The notes: generated from the sequence alone by a model not told the origin. A stretch of 64,000 nucleotides of DNA from an uncultured Alphaproteobacteria bacterium (GCA_963724945.1 CAVRWL010000004.1:2093-66092); one strand, 5' to 3'; counted from the first letter of the stretch, positions 17,958 through 31,599 are shown. Numbers and translations are program-made.

Positions 17958-19637
17958 TCAGGCCGCGGCGTTGCCCGAGCCGGTCAGGACGTCGGCACCC
18001 ACAGGGCGTGGCGGCCCAAAGAGCGGCCCCTCGCCCAGCGGCACGCCGCAATCGAGGACCGCTGCGCGCGTCGCCTCGTCCCCGATGCCGCCGACAATCA
18101 CGGCAAAGCCGAGCTCGCCCAAGCGCCGGGAGACCTCTGCCCCGGGCGTGACCCCGGCGGGACCGGGGAGGCCGCGCAGCAACCTCGCCGCGTCGACCTT
18201 CAAGAATGCGAAGCCGGCGGCCCGCAATGCCGTGAACTCGTAGTCGACGTCGGTCACGTCCTCCAGGCCGAAACGGAAACCCAAGTCGCGCATGTCGGTG
18301 AGCGCGCTCCATTCCGTTCCGCCGAACGTTCTGACGTCGGCATGCGAGAAGGTCAGCACGAGCTCGCCGGCCAACGCCTCGCGCTGGCGGTATGTATTGG
18401 CGAGCTCATCGAGGAAGCGATCGGTTCCCAGCGCTTCGGCGCTCGTCGGCGAGAACACGCACTGCTTGTGGCCAGAATCGCTAAGCGAGCGGCATATCCG
18501 ACTGGCGCGCGTCAACCGGGCGACGTCGATCAACGGGTGCAGCCCCGTGCGTGCAAGCTGCGGATCGTGAACCACGAGCGGAAGCGCTGCACCCTTCTCA
18601 TCGCGCAGACAAATGGTCAGCTCGTAGTGATGCACCTGCTGGTCGGCGAGGCCGATGATGGATCGCAGAAGCACATCGATACGGCCGGCGGCGATCGCGG
18701 ATGCCACCGTGGAAAGTCGGGTATGCGATGGCGCGATCGGCGGCGGCATCGACGGCGGCTCACGGCGCGGCGCGGAGGCCGGTGGGGCGCCCCTCGTTGC
18801 CGCGCGCATGGTGTCGGCGGTCGTGTGCAAAGCATCGACCGATGCGCGCATGGCGGTCTCATGGCCCTGAGAGGCGCTGTCGCCGGGAGCGTCGATGCCG
18901 ACGCTCAACTCGTCGGCAAGCCTCTTGATCATGCCTTGCACGGCCTCAAGGTCGGTCTCCCGCTCCCCGCCTGCCGGCGCGGGCTCGGCGCGCCGCGGCG
19001 GCATTGCAGCGTCGGGAAGCGGCTGCTTCGTGGGGCGGAAAGACCAATAGTCGTGCATTTGCTCCGCGCCTGCGGCCTTGCCCGGCCGTGGCGCGGGCTG
19101 GGGCGGCATCTCCAGATGCGGCCCCGGATGTTGGACCTGGTGCGCAACCGGCTGGGATGCGGAGGGAAGAATGGGCGCCGGTTGCGGCGGTTGCGCGCCG
19201 CGCGCCGGCGCTTGCAGCCCCTTCTCGGCAGCCGGAGGCGACGGCCTGCGATCACCGCGAGCCGCGGCCGCGCCGGGGCGCATCGCAGTCGGCGGCTTTG
19301 CCGAAGCACTCGGAGCGGGAGCACGCGGCGGCGGGGTGCGCGCAGGCGGGGAATATTCCTCTTGCCCCTTCATGCGGGCAAGCTCGCCCTCGAGCCTGCT
19401 CACTTCGGAGACGAGCGAATCGACGCGCTCGGAGCGTCGCATCAGCGCGTGCAGCATCAGAAGCGTTATGTAGACCGACAGCGCTGCGATGAGCGCCAGC
19501 CAGAAGGTGACCTGAAACTGCAGATAGGCCCCGATGAAGAAGGCCGCGGTCACAAGCGCGATCGCCCCCTTCACGATTAAGTCGGCAATGCTCGTCTGGT
19601 TGCGCACGCCGGGTCTGCTGTCGTCGATGCTCGCCAT
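17958..19637 (-). CDS. membrane protein with a Pro-rich linker and a degenerate EAL domain (TipF-like architecture)
   Basis: Two N-terminal TMs, coiled coil, Pro/Ala-rich linker; C-terminal EAL fold (LVLTFS, FLKVD) lacking ExLxR and DDFGTGYSS. Confidence 0.7.
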   Translation of the reverse strand: MASIDDSRPGVRNQTSIADLIVKGAIALVTAAFFIGAYLQFQVTFWLALIAALSVYITLLMLHALMRRSERVDSLVSEVSRLEGELARMKGQEEYSPPARTPPPRAPAPSASAKPPTAMRPGAAAARGDRRPSPPAAEKGLQAPARGAQPPQPAPILPSASQPVAHQVQHPGPHLEMPPQPAPRPGKAAGAEQMHDYWSFRPTKQPLPDAAMPPRRAEPAPAGGERETDLEAVQGMIKRLADELSVGIDAPGDSASQGHETAMRASVDALHTTADTMRAATRGAPPASAPRREPPSMPPPIAPSHTRLSTVASAIAAGRIDVLLRSIIGLADQQVHHYELTICLRDEKGAALPLVVHDPQLARTGLHPLIDVARLTRASRICRSLSDSGHKQCVFSPTSAEALGTDRFLDELANTYRQREALAGELVLTFSHADVRTFGGTEWSALTDMRDLGFRFGLEDVTDVDYEFTALRAAGFAFLKVDAARLLRGLPGPAGVTPGAEVSRRLGELGFAVIVGGIGDEATRAAVLDCGVPLGEGPLFGPPRPVGADVLTGSGNAAA

Positions 19638-19985
19638 GAAAGGTGGTCTGCCGCCCCTTGCCGATTCGTTACCTGCCCAAGCTTTTCGTCCGCCTGTGAC
19701 GAGCGCAATGGCGGGGCGGCCACTTTCACCAGCTTTCTCGCCCCCGCTTCTGAACAAGCCGATGATTCGCAGGCCGGCCAGCCATGACGGGCCCCCGCCG
19801 CAGCCGCTTCGCCCTTTTTGCGCGCCCTGCCCGAGAATCGCCATGGGACGCCCCAATCGCGCCTTTGCGCGGCCCGCAGCAAACCAGAATCGGGGTGCTG
19901 TTTAGGTCTCGTTAGGCGAATCGACGTGGTATTGTTGTGTCCGGGCGTTCCCTTGGGTCCCGGCGTCAAATGAGGGGAAAGCCCG

Positions 19986-20732
19986 ATGCTGATGACTGTG
20001 GTTGGCAGAAATCCGAGTGCGTCGAATTATGGTGAGTTGGCGGGCATCCGCGTGCTCATCACCGGTGTTTCGCCAACGTGCGGCGTCGACGTCGCGCGCG
20101 CTTTTGCCGATCACCGCGGCCGACTGGTTGTGCATGCGGGCGCCCCTGCACCGGAAAACGACGTGGTGGCGGGGGTACTCGCAGAAACGGCGAGCGCGGT
20201 CGAACTCTTCACCGCAGCCTACACAGATTCCAAGACGGCGGTCCGCTTCGCGCAGACCGCGGTGCAGACCTTTGGCGGCCTCGATGCCGTCATCAATCTC
20301 ATCCCCATAACGGACGCCGAGCTGGCGAACCGGGTCAGCCTGACTGACGTCGAGGATCTCATTGCCCGCAAGCTCGAGCTTCCGCTCGTCGTCTCGCGCG
20401 TCGTCGCCAATCGCATGAAGGTGCTGCTCACCGAGGGGCTCGTGCTCAATGTGGTGACAATGCCGGTCCCGCGCACGGCGGGCGAAGCCGTCCTCGCCGG
20501 CGTGGTGCGGACCGCGCTCGCTGCGATGACACGCGGCGAGGCGGAAGCGCTGGCGCCGCAAGGTATCCGCGTCAATGCCATCGGCCCGCGGGCGGCGGCG
20601 CCAGAAGCGGGCGCGTGCCTCGCGAGCGAGCCGGACATTGCCGCACTCGCGCTCTACCTTGCCTCCAAGCACGGACGGACGCTCTCAGGTCACATCTTCG
20701 ATGCCGCGGGCGTTGCCGCACGGCGCTGCTGA
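19986..20732 (+). CDS. SDR-family oxidoreductase-like protein lacking the catalytic YxxxK
   Basis: Rossmann start VLITGVSPTCG, FGGLDAVIN, GIRVNAIGP. Confidence 0.8.
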   Translation: MLMTVVGRNPSASNYGELAGIRVLITGVSPTCGVDVARAFADHRGRLVVHAGAPAPENDVVAGVLAETASAVELFTAAYTDSKTAVRFAQTAVQTFGGLDAVINLIPITDAELANRVSLTDVEDLIARKLELPLVVSRVVANRMKVLLTEGLVLNVVTMPVPRTAGEAVLAGVVRTALAAMTRGEAEALAPQGIRVNAIGPRAAAPEAGACLASEPDIAALALYLASKHGRTLSGHIFDAAGVAARRC

Positions 20733-20758
20733 GCGGCGCCGCAAGGATCGGAGCGAGG

Positions 20759-21931
20759 CTAGAGGCGCCAACTCCTCGCTGCACCGCGCAAGCCTTGCAG
20801 CCACGGGATGGAGGAGCCGCTGAAGCCGACCAGATCCGCGCCGCGGTCGCGCAAGTCTTTGAGATTGGTGCCGAGCTGCGCCAGCGCGAAATCGAATGTC
20901 ATGAGGCGGATCACATCGTCCATGGACAGGGCGCGCAGGCCGCCCTTGGCGCGAAAGCCGCTCAGCTCCTGCTCGAGAGCGCCGAGCGCGCGCTCGACGG
21001 CGGCAGAATCGGTAGGAGCCTCCTCGCCTTCTAACGCCTGCGAACCGTAGCAGACGGACAAATCCCCGACCGCAAGACAAAGCCGCTCCAACCGCGGTTG
21101 CATGACGGCGAGCGCAGCGTCCGCGAACGGGGCGGAGACCGCGCGCAAAAGTATGACCTCGGTGTGCCAGAGGCGCCGCACCGCGCGCACGGCCGCATCG
21201 GGATCGGGATGATCGGCGAGATGGCCGGCGAGCTCGAGCTTGGTCTCATCGGCAAGCCCGCTCATCATTGCGATGGCGGAGCGAATCTTTGCGCCCATGA
21301 TGCCGATCTGCTGTTCGTCGTAGCGTCCGGTGAGCGCCGCGGTCAAAATTTCGCGGAGCAGCTCGAAATTGAGCGCCAGCGTCCGGCGGACGTGCTCGGC
21401 GAGCGCGGGCCCAGCCCGGGAGGGAAAGACGAGTAGCGAGGTCAGACTCGCGACGGCGGCGCCGATCATCACCTCGATCATACGATAGTAGGCCGACGAG
21501 ATCGGCGATCCCAGCCGCGGGTCGCCGAGAATGACGATGGCCGCCGTCACGCAAGCGATGCGCAGCGGCGGACGGCGGGCCGAGAAAAGGACCAGCACGA
21601 ACACGGTCGCGGCCAGGCCTGCGTATTTCAGCACATGGGCATCGGCAAGCACGATCGCGATGGCGCCGCCGAGGAGGACGCCGAGAAGGCTGCCGAGGAG
21701 ACGGTCGAACGCCTGGCCGAGCGAGGCGCCCACGTTGGCCTGCATCACCATTATGGCCGTCACCACCGCCCAGAAGCCCTGTGGCAACTGCAGGAGCTCG
21801 ACGGCGGCGTACGCAAGGCAGGCCGCGACGGCCGTCTGCAGCGCCCGACGGAGGTGCGGCCAGCTATCCCGCCAGCCGTCGATCCAATGTTCGCGATTGA
21901 TCAACGAATTGCCCCGAAACGTAGAGCGCAC
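20759..21931 (-). CDS. FUSC family (aromatic acid exporter-like) membrane protein
   Basis: [20 protein letters not shown]...DRLLGSLLG; YRMIEVMIG; start uncertain. Confidence 0.85.
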   Translation of the reverse strand: MRSTFRGNSLINREHWIDGWRDSWPHLRRALQTAVAACLAYAAVELLQLPQGFWAVVTAIMVMQANVGASLGQAFDRLLGSLLGVLLGGAIAIVLADAHVLKYAGLAATVFVLVLFSARRPPLRIACVTAAIVILGDPRLGSPISSAYYRMIEVMIGAAVASLTSLLVFPSRAGPALAEHVRRTLALNFELLREILTAALTGRYDEQQIGIMGAKIRSAIAMMSGLADETKLELAGHLADHPDPDAAVRAVRRLWHTEVILLRAVSAPFADAALAVMQPRLERLCLAVGDLSVCYGSQALEGEEAPTDSAAVERALGALEQELSGFRAKGGLRALSMDDVIRLMTFDFALAQLGTNLKDLRDRGADLVGFSGSSIPWLQGLRGAARSWRL

Positions 21932-22004
21932 GAGCCTAGGCCGCCCGCCGTTACGTCCGGGTTACGCCGCGGCCAATCCTTAATGCCGTGCGGCCCTGCT
22001 TTCC

Positions 22005-22034
22005 TTGACAGCCGCCCCTTAGCCCGCGTATCAC
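22005..22034 (+). promoter_or_regulatory. candidate groESL promoter
   Basis: TTGACA -35 followed 17-18 nt later by (G)TATCAC. Confidence 0.55.
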
Positions 22035-22044
22035 CTCGACGCGT

Positions 22045-22071
22045 TTGGCACTCTCTTCATCGAAGTGCCAA
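22045..22071 (+). promoter_or_regulatory. CIRCE element (HrcA operator)
   Basis: TTGGCACTC-N9-AAGTGCCAA versus consensus TTAGCACTC-N9-GAGTGCTAA, directly upstream of groES. Confidence 0.85.
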
Positions 22072-22132
22072 ACATCCCCTCAAGATCGCCGCACCGCATC
22101 GGGTCAGGCCTTCAGCTGGAGCAATATTTCCC

Positions 22133-24189
<2,057 letters not shown>

Positions 24190-24283
24190 GCCCATGATCT
24201 AGGCTCGGGCCCGACAGCAATATACGAGCTAAAGACGCCGCGCGCGGGATACCGGGCGCGGCGTTCTCACTTTCAGGCCGGCT

Positions 24284-25084
24284 TCACCTGCGCTGCGCGT
24301 TCCAACCTGGTGCGCCAAGGTAGGGGGGAAAGACTTCCCGGTGCTCGTTTTCGACGCGCGGCGCCGCTATCGGGCTCGTTGCGCGGCGGCTGCGGTGCAC
24401 CACTGGGGCCCGCACCTCCGCCGCGGCGGTGGCCTTGTGCGGCGCGCGTACCGGAAGCGGCGGTATGCCGACGTTCAAGCGTGCGCTTGCGCCGCCCGAA
24501 TGCTTCTTTGCGGGCGCCTGCTTCTTGTCCGCGGGGTCGGGTAGAGCTGCTGTCGTGGTGTCGGTGCCGACGGGTGCCGCAACGGGCAAGGCAGCGCCCA
24601 CGTGCGACGGCGCCGGAGTGTCTGCCGGCAGATCTACGCCGCTACGATCGGTCGAAGGCGAAGGCGCTACGCCGAGGGCAAACGGCGGCGGCGTCGGTTC
24701 TGAGGCTTTCGCGGTGGTTGCCGCCTTGACGGATGCTCCGCCGGAACTGAAGCGCCGGCTCAACTCCTCGGCCCGCTGCCGCACCGCGGCGGCCTCGCGT
24801 CCTTCTGGCTTAAGGCGTTTCGTCACCGGCGCGTCAGCCGGAGGCGCGTCGAAACCCGGAAGCGGCGGGACCACCGTCGGTTTGTCCTGCGCGCGCCAAG
24901 CCTCCTGCAAATTGAGCAACCGCGCACTGTCGAGAAACGCAGGCAGTGAGAAAGTCGGCGGCGAGCCCGACCGCAGGTCGGTCTGATCCGACTCGAATGC
25001 AGCGGCACCGGGGATCAGACAGCACATCGCCAGCAGCGAGCCGCCGACGATCGCGCTTTCGCGGATACCCATCACGCTCATCAC
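24284..25084 (-). CDS. hypothetical secreted Pro/Ala-rich protein
   Basis: Signal-like N-terminus, low-complexity body; only substantial ORF filling the gap. Confidence 0.5.
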   Translation of the reverse strand: MMSVMGIRESAIVGGSLLAMCCLIPGAAAFESDQTDLRSGSPPTFSLPAFLDSARLLNLQEAWRAQDKPTVVPPLPGFDAPPADAPVTKRLKPEGREAAAVRQRAEELSRRFSSGGASVKAATTAKASEPTPPPFALGVAPSPSTDRSGVDLPADTPAPSHVGAALPVAAPVGTDTTTAALPDPADKKQAPAKKHSGGASARLNVGIPPLPVRAPHKATAAAEVRAPVVHRSRRATSPIAAPRVENEHREVFPPYLGAPGWNAQRR

Positions 25085-25517
25085 TCAAAACTCCCAAACT
25101 CAGCCGTTCGTACTCGAACTCATGCACTCAACGCCCGCTCGGACCTTTCCGAGCGCCGACACCTCGTGCACGTGCTAGCGGGGGCCCCCGGACTGCAGAC
25201 GGCAAAGGGACCTAGGGACTGCGCGCGCCGGCGGGACGATCACGCCTGAGGCCTCGCCTATGGTGCATCACATGACGCACATGACTTGCAGAGGCCTCTC
25301 GGGCTGCGCTCAGCCCCCATATACTATCAATGCTCCAGCAGGCATCAACAAGGCGTTATCAAGTGGCGCTTTTCAGCATGAATGCGCCTTGCAGCGGGGC
25401 TCGATTGCCTTTCTTTGGCGGACGGCAGATGATTGATTAACGACGGGCCGCGCCACCCCCGGGCCTCCATTTCCGCGCACGTCAAGGGCCAGGACCGCTT
25501 GCCTCGGGAGGGGCTCG

Positions 25518-26429
25518 ATGGACATCCGACAGCTGCAATATCTCGCCGCGCTCGCCCGCGAGAAGCACTTCACGCGCGCCGCTGCCGCCTGCAACGTGAC
25601 GCAACCGACGCTCTCCGGGCGCATCCGCCAGCTCGAGCTCGAGCTCGAGGTTCCGATCGTGGAGCGCGGCCAGCGCTATCGCGGGCTGACGCCGGAAGGC
25701 GAGCGCGTCCTCAAGTGGGCGCACGTCATCCTCAAGAACTGGCAGGCGATGCAGGAAGAGCTCGGCCACCTCAAGGACCACGAGAGCGGGCTGATGGGTC
25801 GCGTGGTGCTCGGCGGCATCCCCTCCTCGCTGCCGATGATCCCGCTCCTGACGAAAAAAATCAGAACCCTTCACCCCGGCATCGACTTCACGGTGCTGTC
25901 GCAAAGCTCCGAGGAGATCCTACGCGGGCTTGCCGATTTCTCGCTCGACGTCGGCATTACCTATCTCGACAACGAGCCGATCGAGGGCCTGCTCTCAACG
26001 CCGCTCTATGTCGAGCGCTATTGCCTGTTCGTTCCCGAGACGCACGCCTACGCCAAGCGCGGGTCGGTGACGTGGCAGGAGGCGTCCGAGGAGCCGCTGT
26101 GCCTTCTCACCTCCAACATGCAGAACAGGCGCATCATCGACCGTGCGTTCGAAACGGCGCAATGCCACCCCGTCCCGCGGCTGGAGACCAATTCCGTCAT
26201 CAATCTGTGCTCCAACGTGCGTCTGATGGGTCTTGCCAGCATCATGCCGCAGTACGTGCTTGAGGTGCTGGGGAATGTCTCCGACATTCGCGCGATCCCG
26301 CTCGACCATCCGACGGTCGAGCACAGCGTCGGGCTGGTCGTGACGGACCGCGATCCGCTCTCGCCGCTGATCGAGGCGCTGCGCGAGGCGGCGGCCGCGC
26401 TCGCGCCCGTCACTTTCGGGGGTCAATAA
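25518..26429 (+). CDS. LysR-family regulator, probably FdsR-like
   Basis: HTH HFTRAAAACNVTQPTLSGRIRQLE; immediately upstream of the fds operon. Confidence 0.9.
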   Translation: MDIRQLQYLAALAREKHFTRAAAACNVTQPTLSGRIRQLELELEVPIVERGQRYRGLTPEGERVLKWAHVILKNWQAMQEELGHLKDHESGLMGRVVLGGIPSSLPMIPLLTKKIRTLHPGIDFTVLSQSSEEILRGLADFSLDVGITYLDNEPIEGLLSTPLYVERYCLFVPETHAYAKRGSVTWQEASEEPLCLLTSNMQNRRIIDRAFETAQCHPVPRLETNSVINLCSNVRLMGLASIMPQYVLEVLGNVSDIRAIPLDHPTVEHSVGLVVTDRDPLSPLIEALREAAAALAPVTFGGQ

Positions 26430-26587
26430 GATGACAGTGCATAGCTGGAAGCCCGCGGCATAAAACAGTCATTTGTGCAATGCAGCATTGGCCGCCTCGA
26501 TTGCCGCATCGAGAGCGCCGATTTGATCCCGCGGGCGCAACTTGGGACAAGGCAGTTTGCCGCAGGCGAGGCCACCGAGGCATAGGA

Positions 26588-27100
26588 ATGTCACGACCAA
26601 TGACCCCCACCGTTGCGAGCGAAGCACCGCCCGCAAGCGAAGAGCGTTCCCGTACGATCTGCGAGGCTCACGGCAATCGTCCCGACGAGCTTTTGGAGAT
26701 CTTCCACGCGGTGCAGGCCGAGCTCGGCTTCGTGCCCGAGGCGGCGCTGCCCGTCATTGCCGGCGCGCTCAATCTGTCGCGCGCCGAGGTCTACGGCGTG
26801 TTGAGCTTCTATCATGATTTCCGGCGCGCGCCGCCGGGGCGCCACGTGGTCAAGATCTGCCGCGCCGAGGCCTGCCAGGCGATGCACACCGAGGAGGTGT
26901 GCCGCCATGCCGAGCAGCGGCTCGGCACGCATTTCGGCGAGACGAGCGCCGACGGAGAGTTCACGCTGGAGGCCGTCTACTGCCTCGGCAATTGCGCGCT
27001 CTCGCCGGCCATGATGATCGATGACGTCCTCTATGGTTGCGTCGACAAGAAGCGCTTCGACGCGATCATTGCCGACCTCGACAAGGAGGCCGCTGCATGA
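26588..27100 (+). CDS. fdsG: NAD-dependent formate dehydrogenase gamma subunit (NuoE-like, 2Fe-2S)
   Basis: CRAEAC and CLGNC ligands; AEVYGVLSFYHDF. Confidence 0.93.
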   Translation: MSRPMTPTVASEAPPASEERSRTICEAHGNRPDELLEIFHAVQAELGFVPEAALPVIAGALNLSRAEVYGVLSFYHDFRRAPPGRHVVKICRAEACQAMHTEEVCRHAEQRLGTHFGETSADGEFTLEAVYCLGNCALSPAMMIDDVLYGCVDKKRFDAIIADLDKEAAA

Positions 27101-28652
27101 GCAAGGTTTTCGTCCCGTGCGATGCAGCCGCCCTCTCGATGGGCGCGGACGCGGTCGCCAACGCGATCGCCGCGGAAGGCAAGAAACGAAAAAAGGACGT
27201 CGAGATCGTCCGCAACGGCTCGCGCGGCATGCTGTTCCTCGAGCCGCTCGTCGAGGTGGAGACCGAAAAGGGCCGGATCGCCTACGGCCCGGTCACCGCC
27301 GCGGATGTCCCTGACCTGTTCAAGGCCGACTTCCTGGCCGGTGGATCCCACAAGCTTTCGCACGGCCTCACCGAGGAGATTCCCTATTTCAAGAAGCAGG
27401 AGCGCCTCACGTTCGCGCGCTGCGGCATCATCGATCCCTTGTCGATCGAGGACTACCGCGCGCACGCGGGCTTCGAGGGCCTGACCAAGGCGCTCGACAT
27501 GGATCGGGCCGACATCGTCGCCGAGGTCACCACATCGGGCCTGCGCGGTCGCGGCGGCGCGGGCTTCCCCACCGGCATCAAGTGGAAGACCGTCCTCGAC
27601 GCCAAGGCCGACCAGAAATACATCTGCTGCAACGCGGACGAAGGCGACAGCGGCACCTTCGCCGACCGCATGCTGATGGAGGGCGATCCCTTCTGCCTGA
27701 TCGAGGGCATGATCATCGCCGGCATCGCCGTCGGCGCGACCAAGGGCTACATCTACATCCGCTCCGAGTACCCCCAGGCCGTCAAGACCTTCCGCGAGGC
27801 GATCAAGGTCCTGACCGAGGCCAATTGGCTCGGCCGCACGATCCAGGGCTCGCCTTACGATTTCGAGCTTTTCGTGCGTGTCGGCGCCGGCGCCTACATC
27901 TGCGGCGAGGAGACCTCGATGCTCGACAGCCTCGAGGGCAAGCGCGGCATCGTGCGCTACAAGCCGCCGCTGCCGGCGATCGAAGGCCTCTTCGGCCAGC
28001 CGACCGTCATCAACAACGTCGTGAGCCTGGCCTCCGTCCCGATCATCATCGCCAAGGGCGGGGAGTACTACGCGACTTCGGCGTCGGGCGCTCGCGCGGC
28101 ACGCTCGCCTTCCAGCTCGCCGGCAACATCAAGCAGGGCGGCCTCGTCGAGAAGGCGTTCGGCATCACCGCGCGCGAGCTGGTCGAAGGGTTCGGCGGCG
28201 GCACGCTGTCGGGGCGGCCCGTGCGCGCCGTTCAGTTCGGCGGCCCGCTCGGCGCCTATCTTCCAGAGTCGAAGCTCGACTACCCGATGGACTATGAGGC
28301 CTTCATCAAGGCGGGGGCGATGGTCGGCCACGGCGGCGTCGTCGTGTTCGACGACACGGTCGACATGGCCCAGCAGGCACGCTTCGCCATGGAGTTCTGC
28401 GCCGAGGAATCGTGCGGCAAGTGCACGCCCTGCCGCATCGGGTCGGTGCGCGGCGTAGAGGTGATCGACCGCATCATCGCCAACGTCGACCGCGCAGGCG
28501 AACCTCGAGCTCTTGAAGGATCTCTGCGCGACCATGACCGACGGCTCGCTGTGCGCCATGGGCGGACTGACGCCGATGCCGGTCATGCAGCGCGCTCGAG
28601 CACTTCCCCGAGGATTTCAACCGCCCGGCGCCGCGCCGAGGCGGCCGAATGA
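27097..28652 (+). CDS. fdsB: formate dehydrogenase beta subunit (NuoF-like), broken by about 4 indels
   Basis: SGLRGRGGAGFPTG, CNADEGDSGT, GAYICGEET, ESCGKCTPCR, SLCAMG; frame changes near 28073, 28498, 28588, 28636. Confidence 0.9.
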
Positions 28653-28691
28653 CCAAGCGAGGCCACGCTATGACCAGCGAGAACCCAGCCG

Positions 28692-31599
28692 ATGACGCTG
28701 ATCAAGGAACAGGACTACGGCACCCCCGCCAAGCATCCGCACTGCGAACGCGACGGTGACGCTTGAGATCGACGGCCAGGCCGTGACGGTCCCTGAGGGC
28801 ACCTCGATCATGCGGGCGGCCGCCGATGCTCGGCATCAGGTGCCGAAGCTGTGTGCCAGCGACAACCTCGACCGCCTTCGGGTCGTGCCGGCTCTGCCTC
28901 GTCGAGATCGAGGGGCGCAAGGGCACGCCCGCCTCCTGCACCACGCCGGTGGCGCCGGGGATGCAAGGTTGCGACCCAGACCGACCGCCTTGCGCGCATC
29001 CGCAGGGGCGTGATGGAGCTTTACATCTCCGACCATCCGCTCGACTGCCTGACCTGCGCCGCCAACGGCGACTGCGAGCTGCAGGACATGGCGGGCGCAG
29101 TGGGCCTGCGCGACGTCCGCTACGGCTACGACGGCGACAACCATGTGTTCGCGCGCTCCAACGGCGAGACGAACCCGCTGTGGCAAGGCAAGGACAAGTC
29201 CAACCCCTACTTCCAGTTCGAGCCGTCGAAGTGCATCGTGTGCTCGCGCTGCGTGCGCGCGTGCGAGGAGGTGCAGGGCACCTTCGCGCTGACCATCGAC
29301 GGGCGCGGCTTCGCCTCGAACGTCGCTGCCAGCATGGACGAGGACTTCCTGCAATCGGAGTGCGTCTCCTGCGGCGCCTGCGTGCAGGCCTGCCCGACGG
29401 CGACGCTGATCGAGAAGTCCATCGTCGACCACGGCCAGCCCGAGCACTCCGTGGTGACGACGTGCGCCTACTGCGGCGTCGGCTGCTCGTTCAAGGCCGA
29501 GATGCAGGGCGACGAAGGTCGTGCGCATGGTGCCCTACAAGGACGGCGGGCGCCAACGAGGGCCACTCGTGCGTCAAGGGCCGCTTCGCGTTCGGCTACG
29601 CGACGCACAAGGACCGCGTGCTGGACCCGATGATCCGCGAGAAGATCACCGATCCCTGGCAGGTCGTGACCTGGGACGAGGCGATCAAGTTCGCCGCCGA
29701 CCGCTTCATGGCCATCCAGAAGAAGCACGGGCGCGGCTCGATCGGCGGCATCACGTCCTCGCGCACGACCAACGAGGAGGTCTACGTCGTGCAGCGCATG
29801 GTGCGCGCGGCCTTCGGCAACAACAACGTCGACACCTGCGCGCGCGTCTGCCACTCCCCGACCGGCTACGGCCTGAAGCGACGTTCGGCACCTCCGCCGG
29901 CACCCAGGACTTCCGCAGCGTCGACAAGTCCGACGTCATCCTGGTGATCGGCGCCAATCCGACCGACGCCCACCCCGTCTTCGCCTCGCGCATGAAGAGG
30001 CGCCTGCGTGAGGGCGCCAAGCTCATCGTCGTCGACCCGCGCCGCATCGACCTCGTGCAAGCACGCCCGCACGTCAAGGCCGACTATCATCTGCAGTTGC
30101 GGCCCTCGACCAACGTCGCGGTCCTCAACGCGCTGAGCCACGTCGTCGCCGCCGAGGGCCTCATCGATCGTTGCATTCGTCGCGGCGCGCTGCGAGAAGC
30201 ACGATTTCGAGCAGTGGGAGGCCTTCATCAAGGCCGGAGAGAACCGCCCGGAGGCGCTCGAGCCCATCACGGGCGTGCCGGCAGCCGAGATTCGGGCCGC
30301 CGCGCGCCTCTTCGCCACTGGCGGCAACGGCGCGATCTACTACGGCCTCGGCGTCACCGAGCACAGCCAGGGCTCGACCATGGTGATGGCGATGGCCAAC
30401 CTCGCCATGGCGACCGGCAACATCGGCCGCGAGGGCGTGGGCGTGAACCCGCTGCGTGGGCAGAACAACGTGCAGGGCTCCTGCGACATGGGCTCGTTCC
30501 CGCACGAGTTCCCGGGCTACCGCCACGTCTCGGGCGACGCGGTACGCGCAAGCTGTTCGAGAAGGTGTGGGGCAAGAAGCTCGATCCCGAGCCCGGGCTG
30601 CGCATCCCCAACATGTTCGACGCGGCCATCGAGCGGCTCGTTCAAAGGCCTCTTCGTGCAGGGCGAGGACATCGCCCAGTCCGACCCCAACACCCAGCAC
30701 GTGACGCACGCGCTCGACTCGCTGGAGCTCCTCGTCGTGCAGGACCTCTTCCTCAACGAGACGGCCGCCTTCGCGCACGTCTTCCTGCCGGGCACCTCGT
30801 TCCTGGAGAAGGACGGCACCTTCACCAACGCCGAGCGGCGCATCAACCGCGTGCGCCCGGTGATGAAGGAGCCGCAGCGGCAAGGCGGAGTGGGAGATCG
30901 TGTGCCGCATCGCTACGGTGATGGGCTATCCCATGAGCTATCCATCAGCGCCGGCGATCATGGACGAGATCGCCGCTACTGACGCCGACCTTCAAGGGCG
31001 TGAGCTTCGCCAAGCTCGACGAGCTCGGCAGCGTCCAGTGGCCGTGCAACGACGACGCGCCGATCGGCACGCCGGTCATGCACGTCGACGAGTTCACGCG
31101 CGGCAAGGGCCGTTTCAGTTGAGCCGACGTTCGTGCCGACGAACGAGCGCACCAACCGCAACTTCCCGCTCATCCTGACGACGGGCCGCATCCTCTCCCA
31201 GTACAACGTCGGCGCGCAGACGCGGCGCACCGAGAACGTCGTCTGGCACACGGAGGACATCCTCGAGATCCACCCCTCCGACGCAGAGGTTCGCGGCATC
31301 AAGGACGGCGCGCTTCGTCTCGCTCACGAGCCGCGTCGGCGGCACGACGATGCGCGTCCAGATCACCGACCGCATGCCGCCGGGCGTCGTCTACACGACG
31401 TTCCACTATCCCCGCCAGCGGCGCCAACGTGATCACGACGGAGAACTCCGACTGGGCGACCAACTGCCCCGAGTACAAGGTCACGGCCGTGCAGGTCATG
31501 CCGTCGAACCACCCCGCCGAATGGCAGACGGAGTGGGAGGAGCGTGACCGCGAGAACAAGCGCATCGCCGACAAGAAGACGCTGGTTGCGGCCGAGTGA
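28692..31599 (+). CDS. fdsA: Mo-bis-PGD formate dehydrogenase alpha subunit, broken by a dozen or more indels
   Basis: Fragments across frames: PKLCASD..GSCRLCLVEIEG, HPLDCLTC, CIVCSRCVRAC, CVSCGACVQACP, TCAYCGVGC, ARVCHSPT (Cys ligand), LTTGRILSQYNVG. Confidence 0.9.

Noticed and set aside
19903-19917. CtrA-like site upstream of the EAL gene (TTTA-N7-TTAG)
   Set aside because: Several mismatches and 270 bp from the likely start; too weak
28692-31599. Selenocysteine in FdsA or TGA read-through
   Set aside because: The active-site motif reads ARVCHSPT with Cys; the breaks are indels, not in-frame TGA
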